Translations under genes and position numbers: made by a program | Shown here: positions 1-7,064 of the stretch, in pieces | Layout: each line of letters opens with the position of its first letter | Numbering within the stretch: position 1 is the first letter of the stretch | The notes under the pieces: generated by a model | Databases searched by the model: none | Seen by the model: the letters and a program-made list of their open reading frames with translations, nothing else | What the model was told of the DNA's origin: nothing | DNA from: Candidatus Bathyarchaeota archaeon | Lineage (GTDB): Archaea > Thermoproteota > Bathyarchaeia > Bathyarchaeales > Bathycorpusculaceae | Assembly (NCBI GenBank): GCA_963777155.1 | Contig: CAVZPM010000028.1 | Location: 1 to 12,569, forward strand | Length of the DNA: 12,569 nucleotides | Reading direction: 5' to 3'

Positions 1-48
1 GATCGATAATATTGATTTTTTCCTTAAAAAAGGCAATTGTATCTTGCT

Positions 49-71
49 ATTTCAAGATTCTCGACTTGAAT
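49..71. promoter_or_regulatory. Palindromic candidate operator ATTTCAAGA-N7-CTTGAAT, copy 1
   Basis: ATTTCAAGA ttctcga CTTGAAT, core TTCAAG-N8-CTTGAA. Arms extend to tgctatttcaag (45-56) / cttgaatagca (65-75) with one bulge. The same 16 flanking bases and spacing recur at 3507-3529. Confidence 0.5.
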
Positions 72-80
72 AGCATGTGT

Positions 81-93
81 AAAAGACTAAATA
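81..93 (+). promoter_or_regulatory. Putative archaeal BRE/TATA promoter of Lrp gene 1
   Basis: AAAAGA-CTAAATA about 30 nt upstream of ATG 123, which fits a leaderless transcript. An alternative AT-rich box is at 101-110. Confidence 0.35.
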
Positions 94-122
94 CGCGATG
101 ATATTAAATACTAAAAAACTTA

Positions 123-1136
123 ATGAGTGCTCAACAAGGGGTGTCAATCTTAACTGAGCAAGTTACAAAAATCCAAGCGGAAATTCTTAAAGAATTAATA
201 GTTGATGGACGTAAAACCGAAATGGAGATTGGGAAAAAACTAGGCCTAACTAAAGAGGTTGTAAGGAAAAATTATCGCAAATTGGAAGCAATTGGAGTTA
301 TTACTGGCGCTACAATTCACATTAACTACAAGAGTTTTGGTTACAAGGCAGTTGCACACATTTTAATCAACATAGACGCCCAGCAAGCAGACAAACTTGT
401 CGACTACTTACAGAAAATGCCAGAGGTTTATTCTGTCTTTAATAAGGAAGTAAAGGGAACCGTAGACTTAGTAGTGATCCTCAGAACGCTTGAGCAATTG
501 AACGTGGTTAAAGATTCAATTAAAAAAAACTTCCCAGTTTTGGAAATGAAAACTGCAATCTGGACAGATGTAAAAGAAATGAACCAGAACCTTGCAATAG
601 TTAAACAAGATTTGAAAGACATAACAAAAGAGAATCATGAAATTAAGCGAAATGAAAATGACCCTCAAACTGCAATTGTAGATGAAATCGATCAAAGAAT
701 AGCTGATAAACTGGCTGAGAACGGTCGAATATCTATGGATTCTCTGGCTAAAGAAATAGGAATCTCGCCTGACAATGCAAAAAAAAGATACGAAAAACTG
801 AAGAAGAAAGGCGTTCTGAAAGTAACAATTCAAATTAATCTTAGCAAAATTGGATATCAAGCTATGTGTATTTTCTTCACCACTACGTCCAATGAAAAGT
901 CAAATTTGATCGTTGAAAAAGTCAGCAGAATACCCAATATTATAAGCATTATGAAAACATCCGGAGACTATGACCTACAAATATATGCAATGGTCCAAGA
1001 TATCGGTCAATTGCTTTACATTCAAGAGCAAATTGGAAAGATTCCAGGAATAATAAAAATCGAGCAGGAAATTTCAAGAATAAATGACGAGCTGAAAAAA
1101 TGGCCCAGCCCACGCCAATATATATCGACCTTTTAA
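123..1136 (+). CDS. Lrp/AsnC family transcriptional regulator, tandem double (HTH-RAM)x2
   Basis: N-terminal HTH (ILKELIVDGRKTEMEIGKKLGLTKEVVRKNYRKLEAIGVI) plus RAM domain. Second HTH (DEIDQRIADKLAENGRISMDSLAKEIGISPDNAKKRYEKLKKKGV) plus RAM domain with TSGDYD. Confidence 0.92.
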   Translation: MSAQQGVSILTEQVTKIQAEILKELIVDGRKTEMEIGKKLGLTKEVVRKNYRKLEAIGVITGATIHINYKSFGYKAVAHILINIDAQQADKLVDYLQKMPEVYSVFNKEVKGTVDLVVILRTLEQLNVVKDSIKKNFPVLEMKTAIWTDVKEMNQNLAIVKQDLKDITKENHEIKRNENDPQTAIVDEIDQRIADKLAENGRISMDSLAKEIGISPDNAKKRYEKLKKKGVLKVTIQINLSKIGYQAMCIFFTTTSNEKSNLIVEKVSRIPNIISIMKTSGDYDLQIYAMVQDIGQLLYIQEQIGKIPGIIKIEQEISRINDELKKWPSPRQYISTF

Positions 1137-1272
1137 CGAACTTGTTAAAAGGCAAATCATTCAATTTCGACATAATCCAATAACCATCGGAAATTTTGAC
1201 TGAGATAATCAAGAGAAAAAAAGAAATCAGAGATTCGAATACCTAAAAAACTTCGAAGAAAAGGGAAAAAAT

Positions 1273-2250
1273 TTGCCCAAAATAAGTGAACTTGATTCAA
1301 GAATCTTGAAAATATTATTAAAGGATGGACGGACAGGCTACGATTCGATAGCAAGAGAATGTGGGGAATCAGAAAACAAAATCTGGAAACGATGCAAAGC
1401 TATGGAAAAAAAAGGCATCATTAAAGGTGCCACAGTTCAGATGAACTTTGGATATTTTGGGTACGCCGCACTTGCAACTCTGCTCATAAGCGCAGAAGCG
1501 CAGCAAATGGACCAGGTTATGGAAGTTACAAAGAAAATAACCGAGGTGCGGGTAAACAGACAATATAATAGCGTTTATAATGTTAGAGCAGTGGCGACTT
1601 TAGGGGACCTAAACGAATTAGACCATGTAAAACATCTAATTAAGCGGAATCTGCCCACTCTTGGAATAAGGACTTACATATGGGCTGGAGTAAGGAACAT
1701 ACCTGAAAACATGAATTTAACATGCGAAGGCAAGAATTGCCAAAAAAGCTCAGAAGAAACAAGTCAAACTATAATTAAAACAAATAATAAAATAAAGATT
1801 GACGACTTAGACAAGCAGATAGTTCAGAAATTAACCCTAAACGGGCGCGCATCATTTTCTTCTATTTCCAAAGAAATGGGTTTGTCAACGGACACAGTAG
1901 TAAAAAGATACAATAGACTTCGAGAAAATGGAGCTATAAAAGTCTCAATACAGATAAATCCAAACGTTATTGGTTATAGTTCGATATTAGATTTCAACAT
2001 AGCTTCTACGGCTTCTTGTGTAACAGGAACCGTTGCTGATTTGTTGGTAAAAATACCAGATGTTGTTATCATAACAAAAACCAGCGGTGACTTCGACCTT
2101 CATGCAGCTGCGATGGTAAGAGACATTAAACACTCGTTTGATATACAGGATCAAATTGCTAAGGTATGTGGCATGACAAAAATCGAAGCCAGCGCCAGAA
2201 AAATCCCCGACTGCTGGCCAACACCACTTCAACACATATCCACATTTTAA
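1273..2250 (+). CDS. Lrp/AsnC family transcriptional regulator, tandem double (HTH-RAM)x2, paralog of 123..1136
   Basis: TTG start. First HTH is ELDSRILKILLKDGRTGYDSIARECG; second is DDLDKQIVQKLTLNGRASFSSISKEMGLSTDTVVKRYNRL. TSGDFD motif present. The C-terminus WPTPLQHISTF mirrors gene 1. Confidence 0.92.
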   Translation: MPKISELDSRILKILLKDGRTGYDSIARECGESENKIWKRCKAMEKKGIIKGATVQMNFGYFGYAALATLLISAEAQQMDQVMEVTKKITEVRVNRQYNSVYNVRAVATLGDLNELDHVKHLIKRNLPTLGIRTYIWAGVRNIPENMNLTCEGKNCQKSSEETSQTIIKTNNKIKIDDLDKQIVQKLTLNGRASFSSISKEMGLSTDTVVKRYNRLRENGAIKVSIQINPNVIGYSSILDFNIASTASCVTGTVADLLVKIPDVVIITKTSGDFDLHAAAMVRDIKHSFDIQDQIAKVCGMTKIEASARKIPDCWPTPLQHISTF

Positions 2251-2438
2251 TTGAAAGTCTTAATTTTTCGATGGGTAGGACTTCGTAGCTACTCTTTTGT
2301 TATGCGAAAATGATCGTCAAATTGTAATGGCGTTATCAACAATATATTTGAATGTATCAAAGGTTAAACTTGGGTCCGACGCTTTACACAATCACACTTT
2401 TGGCTCGGTAACCGTAATCGATATTAACTGTTTGTAGG

Positions 2439-3473
2439 ATGTATCTCAAAAAGCAAGTTCGGGTCATCTTGGAGCTAAACCTAATTAACTCGTTGGTCGC
2501 CATCGTAATTCTGGTTTTAGCCATCTTGTTAGATTTGGTTCTTGGCGACCCTTCGCCCAACAACCCCGACAGATGGATCTTCAAACTACACCCAACCGTT
2601 TTGATGGGCAAATTCACCAGGAAAATAGAGCCTTCTTTCAAGAACCCTGATGCTAAAATAGAAAAATTTCTCGGCGCCCTGCTTGGTTTGATGGTGATTG
2701 CTGTTTTTGCGCTTCCAATTTTTTTTGGCTTATGGGCAATATATACGTACGTACCATTCTACATCAACATAGTCGTATACAGTTTCATCGCCGTAATCCT
2801 AGTAAAAATGACTGTATGCATCAAACTTGAAACCGATTGGGCAAAAGCCGCCGCCAAAGCCATCGATGAGAGCAACCTTCCTGAAGCAAAAAAATACAGC
2901 CACTTCTCACGTCGAGAATCCAAAGACCTAAACGGCGAACAGATGGGCAGTGCAGTCATCGAATCCATGTCAGAAAACCTTATCGACTTCAAACTCTCCC
3001 CAATGATATCCTTTGCCCTTTTCGGGGTAACAGGGGCAGTTGCTTTTAGAGCAATCAACACATTAGACGGTATGGTGGGCTTCAAGACCAAAGAGCATAT
3101 TAATACAGGGTGGTTTAGTGCAAATCTCGACAACTTCGTAAACTACATCCCAACTCGGTTGACGGCTTTGATGATGATTGTGGCTGCTGCATTACTTCGC
3201 ATGGACGCAGGTAACGCATGGAGAATCGCGCGTCGAGACCATAAAAAAACACCCAGCCGCAATCACGGTTGGCCGATGGCAGCTGTGGCAGGGGCACTTC
3301 GAATACAGCTCGAAAAGCCAGGACAATACATTCTTGGAGATGCGCAAGAACCTTTGACGGGAGATAAAATCTTGGGTGCTTTGCGGATTCGGGATGTTAC
3401 GATTGTTCTGTGGGGGTTTCTTTGTGTTACAATCATCGTGCTTGTGCGGTTGTTCTGGTTTACGCCGATTTAG
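2439..3473 (+). CDS. cbiB: CbiB/CobD family adenosylcobinamide-phosphate synthase (membrane protein)
   Basis: Family motifs LDLVLGDP...HPT, AVIESMSEN, RAINTLDGMVGF, GWFSANLDNFVNYIPTRLT and NHGWPMAAVAGAL, plus several hydrophobic segments. The true start may be the in-frame TTG at 2469. Confidence 0.92.
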   Translation: MYLKKQVRVILELNLINSLVAIVILVLAILLDLVLGDPSPNNPDRWIFKLHPTVLMGKFTRKIEPSFKNPDAKIEKFLGALLGLMVIAVFALPIFFGLWAIYTYVPFYINIVVYSFIAVILVKMTVCIKLETDWAKAAAKAIDESNLPEAKKYSHFSRRESKDLNGEQMGSAVIESMSENLIDFKLSPMISFALFGVTGAVAFRAINTLDGMVGFKTKEHINTGWFSANLDNFVNYIPTRLTALMMIVAAALLRMDAGNAWRIARRDHKKTPSRNHGWPMAAVAGALRIQLEKPGQYILGDAQEPLTGDKILGALRIRDVTIVLWGFLCVTIIVLVRLFWFTPI

Positions 3474-3474
3474 T

Positions 3475-3487
3475 GGAAAGTTTTAAT
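3475..3487 (+). promoter_or_regulatory. Putative archaeal BRE/TATA promoter of radical SAM gene 1
   Basis: GGAAAG-TTTTAAT immediately after the cbiB stop, about 40 nt upstream of ATG 3528. Confidence 0.45.
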
Positions 3488-3506
3488 CGAAGCAATATGG
3501 TATTGA

Positions 3507-3529
3507 ATTTCAAGAAGTGCCTCTTGAAT
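3507..3529. promoter_or_regulatory. Palindromic candidate operator ATTTCAAGA-N7-CTTGAAT, copy 2
   Basis: ATTTCAAGA agtgcct CTTGAAT. It overlaps the expected transcription start and the ATG at 3528. Confidence 0.5.
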
Positions 3530-4976
3530 GCGTGTTTGCCTCATTAATCCGCCAAGGATTCAGCCCAAAGCGTGGGGAAAACCCAACGTTTTTCCGCCAA
3601 TTGTCTTAGCGTCAGTCGCCGCTGTATTGGAAAAAAACCATACTGTAAGCATTATTGATGCTCCGACGGAGGGATGGCGAAACCTTGTGGAGTTGGATGA
3701 ATCCAAGTACCGTGTGGGGTTAAGCGCAGAAACCATCGCCGAACGCGTTAGGGGTTGGAGTCCTGATGTGGTTGTTATTGAGATTCCTTTTTCGGGGTGG
3801 TCAAAAACGGCGTTTGAGGTTGTTGATGCCGCAAAGGCAGCCAAAAAAGACGTATCCGTTGTACTTATGGGTCAGCATCCCACCGCAAGACCGGAAGCTT
3901 GCCTCTCCGAGATCAATGTGGATTTTGTGGTAGTCGGTGAACCAGAAAATACGATTTCCGAACTTGTCGACGCACTTGCTGCTGGCAAACAAGATTTTAG
4001 GGATGTAAACGGATTAGGTTTCAAGGAAAATGGTAAAGTTACGCTTACGGGAAAGCGTGAGTTTATCGAGAATTTGGATTCGTTGCCGTTTCCAGCAAGG
4101 CACTTACTGCCTATGAAGGTTTACAACGAAGCCGTCAAGGAAAACCCGCTCAGAGGCGAAATAAGCAAACCTTGGACCATCGTCACAACCACCCGCGGTT
4201 GTCCCTATAGCTGCGTTTTCTGCTCTGTCTGTATTCTCTGGGGAAGAACCTGGCGAGCAAGAAGCCCAAAGAACGTCGTGGACGAACTTGAACAAGTCGT
4301 GAAGATCTACAGTGTTAGACAGGTTGATTTCTACGACGAAAACATGACGCTCGACAAGAAACGCATGGCGGATATTTGCGACCAAATCGTTGAACGCGGT
4401 CTGCACATCGAGTGGTTTACGCCCAACGGGGTGAGAGCAGACACCCTTGACGAGCCGCTCCTGCGGAAGATGAAGAAGGCAGGCTGCAAAAAAATCCGCG
4501 TCGCCCCCGAATCCGGCGTCCAACGTATTGTCAATGAAATCATCGGCAAAAATTTGGATTTAAAAAAGGTCGAGCAAGCCGTGGTTTTATGCAAGAAAGT
4601 TGGTATCAAAGTCGGCTGCTTCTTCGTGCTGGGAGTAATTGGCGAAACCAAAGCTGACATCGAGGAAACCATAAAGTTCGCCTACAAACTTCGAAGCCTC
4701 GGCGCTGACAGCCTCATATTCAGTATAGCCATGCCATTATATGGAACAGCGCTTTACGAGCAAGCAAAAGAAGGCGGTTACCTACGCGAAGGATTTTGCG
4801 ATTATGCTCTAGCGGCGACGGAGCCTTTGATCGAGACATCGGAGTTTTCGGCTCAGGATCTACAAGAGCTGTGTATGAGAGCTAACATGTCCAATCCAAC
4901 GTTTACCCGAGTCAAAGTTTTAAGAGCGATGCGGCACCCCAAAAAAACCCTCAAAATATTGCTTAAAACAAAATAG
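3528..4976 (+). CDS. Cobalamin-binding radical SAM protein (class B / BchE-like architecture), copy 1
   Basis: N-terminal B12-binding domain (MRVCLINPP...PPIVLASVAAVL...MGQHPT...DFVVVGEPE), linker LDSLPFPARHL, TRGCPYSCVFC (CX3CX2C), FYDEN, PESG. Confidence 0.93.
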   Translation: MRVCLINPPRIQPKAWGKPNVFPPIVLASVAAVLEKNHTVSIIDAPTEGWRNLVELDESKYRVGLSAETIAERVRGWSPDVVVIEIPFSGWSKTAFEVVDAAKAAKKDVSVVLMGQHPTARPEACLSEINVDFVVVGEPENTISELVDALAAGKQDFRDVNGLGFKENGKVTLTGKREFIENLDSLPFPARHLLPMKVYNEAVKENPLRGEISKPWTIVTTTRGCPYSCVFCSVCILWGRTWRARSPKNVVDELEQVVKIYSVRQVDFYDENMTLDKKRMADICDQIVERGLHIEWFTPNGVRADTLDEPLLRKMKKAGCKKIRVAPESGVQRIVNEIIGKNLDLKKVEQAVVLCKKVGIKVGCFFVLGVIGETKADIEETIKFAYKLRSLGADSLIFSIAMPLYGTALYEQAKEGGYLREGFCDYALAATEPLIETSEFSAQDLQELCMRANMSNPTFTRVKVLRAMRHPKKTLKILLKTK

Positions 4977-5009
4977 ATTATCTTCAAACTTCTTGAAACG
5001 CCAGTTGGT

Positions 5010-5360
5010 CTAAGGAACTGCTTTGTTTGCCGTTATCACAGTTTCAGTTACCAATATTAGAAGCTGACCAAAGAAAATTTCGTTGAAAAATTTAACATTA
5101 TGGCAATTTTTTCTGCGCTTCAAAATGCTTGCAAAACTCGAGTTTCTGCAGGGGTAATCAGCATAATTTGGGGTTATCTCTGAAAAGATAGCACCAATCG
5201 CAATTACAGTGGCCGTATCATCAATATCATCACTATCTTCTGAAGCTCCAACTATTAATCCAGTTCCTGCTGTCGATGCGGTCTGTGTAAATGAGGTTAT
5301 ATCTGAATTGAAGGCAGCCTGGCCATTATTTATTGCTTGAATGCGATTTTTCGGGACCAA
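5010..5360 (-). CDS. Hypothetical 116-aa protein or gene remnant
   Basis: Fills the gap between two convergent genes. The TTG start lies 7 nt after the amidohydrolase stop on the same strand. The N-terminal two thirds look protein-like (T/A/G/S/D-rich). No family recognised. Confidence 0.3.
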   Translation of the reverse strand: MVPKNRIQAINNGQAAFNSDITSFTQTASTAGTGLIVGASEDSDDIDDTATVIAIGAIFSEITPNYADYPCRNSSFASILKRRKNCHNVKFFNEIFFGQLLILVTETVITANKAVP

Positions 5361-5367
5361 AATTTGT

Positions 5368-6912
5368 TTACAGAATTGTTAGTTTGCCATCTACGAATAT
5401 CCTTTCAACTTTTATGTCCTTAATTTTTTCAGGAGCCACCTTACTTGGATCAGCGGATAGAATGGTGAGGTCGGCTAGTTTGCCCTCTTCTATTGAGCCC
5501 TTTATGTTTTCTTCGCCTGAAGAGTAGGCGGCATCGAGTGTGTACATACGCAGGGCTTCTTCAACGCTTAAGCGCTGCTCAGAATAGCTTTCCCGCATCA
5601 CAGCTTCTTGTATTCCCAGCAGTGGGTTCAGGGGCTCCATAGGACAGTCTGAACCCCCAGCAATCGTTACGCCTTCGTTTAGGAGAGTTTTAATGGGATG
5701 TAACCACTTCGCCCTCTCAATGCCCAAATGGTCTGTTGCTGACCAAACTTCGAATTCTGTGGGAATCATCTTTGGCTGAACCGAAACCACAACGTCCTGC
5801 GCCCCGAGGCGTTTGACCAGTTCTCTGTTTAAAACAGCTGCCTGCTCGATACGGAACCTAACTTTCTTGTCGGAGTGCTCAATTACGCTGAGTGCTGTGT
5901 CAACTGCCTTGTCGCCCATCGCATGGATAACGGGCTGAAGATCCGACGCCAAAACCTTCGCCACCCAACTTACCAGTTCCTTCCGGGTGCATAGCATCTT
6001 GCCGCTGTTGTTTGGGTCGTCGACATAGGGTTGCGTAAGTGCGGCGGTTTTGGTGTCCAAGTACCCGTCGACAAAGATTATGGCGCCTCCTAAACGTAGC
6101 CACAGAGGGTTATTCGATGTAAAACCTGCTATAGACTTTATGAGTTCGTAGGGAACAATCACGTTGACTCTGAGTGGCAGTTTTCCTTGCTTGTTAAGTG
6201 TCTGAATTAGCGTGAGTTCGTTTTCTTGGAGGATTATCCAGTCGATGCTTGTTATTCCTGATTCCAAGACTTTTTGACACGCCATTACCGTAGTATCCTC
6301 AAGTTCCTGCAAGGATGGGTCACCGACTACTTGCCAAACAAGGTTAGTGGCTCTGTCCCGAAAAATCCCCGTCAGTTCGCCAGTTGTAGTTTTGTCTATG
6401 GTTCCGCCTGAGGGAGCTGTTGTTTTGCTTGTTACGCCTGCTTGTGCTAAGGCTTTGCTGTTTACGGCACAAACATAGGCTGCTCCATGGTAGAGAATTA
6501 CAGGGTTGTTTGGTGCAACAGCGTCGAGGTCTCCAATGGTTAAGAGACGTTTTTCTACCAAGCTATTCTCGTTCCAGCCGCGACCGATAATCCATTTTCC
6601 AGTCGGAGTTTGCTTTACTTTCTCCTTTAGGATAGATTGCAGCTTCTTGATCGAGTTGGCGCCTGAGAGGTCTAACCACATTAGGCATCTGCCAAAATCC
6701 GCTACATGAATATGAGTATCGATCAAGCCAGGAATCACTGTTTTTCCATCCAGGCTAATGACTTTTGTGTCCTTTCCGATCAGATTTCTTATTTCCTGGT
6801 TAGTCCCAACTTTCAGGATTAGGTTTTTCTTTATAGCTACTGCTTGGGCAATGGGTTGACGTGGGTTCATCGTTCTAACGTTCGTATTGACAATAGCCAA
6901 ATCCGCCGTCAA
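5368..6912 (-). CDS. YtcJ-like metal-dependent amidohydrolase (Amidohydro_3 family)
   Basis: PGLIDTHIH, WIIGRGWNE, HAMGDKAVD, RFRIEQA, GGSDCP, EALRMYT and KGSIEEGKLADL. The ORF is open to ATG 6957, but TTG at 6912 (MTADLAIVN) fits the family N-terminus and the promoter position better. Confidence 0.92.
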   Translation of the reverse strand: MTADLAIVNTNVRTMNPRQPIAQAVAIKKNLILKVGTNQEIRNLIGKDTKVISLDGKTVIPGLIDTHIHVADFGRCLMWLDLSGANSIKKLQSILKEKVKQTPTGKWIIGRGWNENSLVEKRLLTIGDLDAVAPNNPVILYHGAAYVCAVNSKALAQAGVTSKTTAPSGGTIDKTTTGELTGIFRDRATNLVWQVVGDPSLQELEDTTVMACQKVLESGITSIDWIILQENELTLIQTLNKQGKLPLRVNVIVPYELIKSIAGFTSNNPLWLRLGGAIIFVDGYLDTKTAALTQPYVDDPNNSGKMLCTRKELVSWVAKVLASDLQPVIHAMGDKAVDTALSVIEHSDKKVRFRIEQAAVLNRELVKRLGAQDVVVSVQPKMIPTEFEVWSATDHLGIERAKWLHPIKTLLNEGVTIAGGSDCPMEPLNPLLGIQEAVMRESYSEQRLSVEEALRMYTLDAAYSSGEENIKGSIEEGKLADLTILSADPSKVAPEKIKDIKVERIFVDGKLTIL

Positions 6913-6964
6913 TGTCCACTCTGCTCCAAAGGTAGTTTCAATGACAACCGCTAGCATTGCTTAA

Positions 6965-6979
6965 CATAAAAACCCTTGC
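6965..6979 (-). promoter_or_regulatory. Putative BRE/TATA promoter of the amidohydrolase
   Basis: The minus strand reads GCAAGGG-TTTTTATG in the divergent intergenic region. Confidence 0.45.
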
Positions 6980-7022
6980 ATATCAGCAAAAAAACAAAAT
7001 TTTGATTAGTCGTTGTTATCTG

Positions 7023-7036
7023 CAAAACACATAATA
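7023..7036 (+). promoter_or_regulatory. Putative BRE/TATA promoter of radical SAM gene 2
   Basis: CAAAACA-CATAATA, 28 nt upstream of ATG 7065 (near-leaderless geometry). Confidence 0.4.
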
Positions 7037-7064
7037 GCCCCAACAGCCGTTTTTCACCTTAAAG

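Noticed and set aside
1296-1310. TTCAAG-aat-CTTGAA inside Lrp gene 2 as a third operator (also half-sites at 1071-1079 and 9473-9480)
   Set aside because: Wrong spacer (3 versus 8 nt) or no second arm, and mostly within coding sequence.
3528-4976. Specific names (bchE, hpnP/hpnR, grsA/grsB) for the radical SAM proteins
   Set aside because: Shared domain architecture only, and no supporting pathway context. Assignment needs phylogeny.
4983-4997. TTCAA-acttc-TTGAA hairpin after radical SAM gene 1 as a terminator
   Set aside because: Only a 5-bp AT-rich stem with no T-tract.
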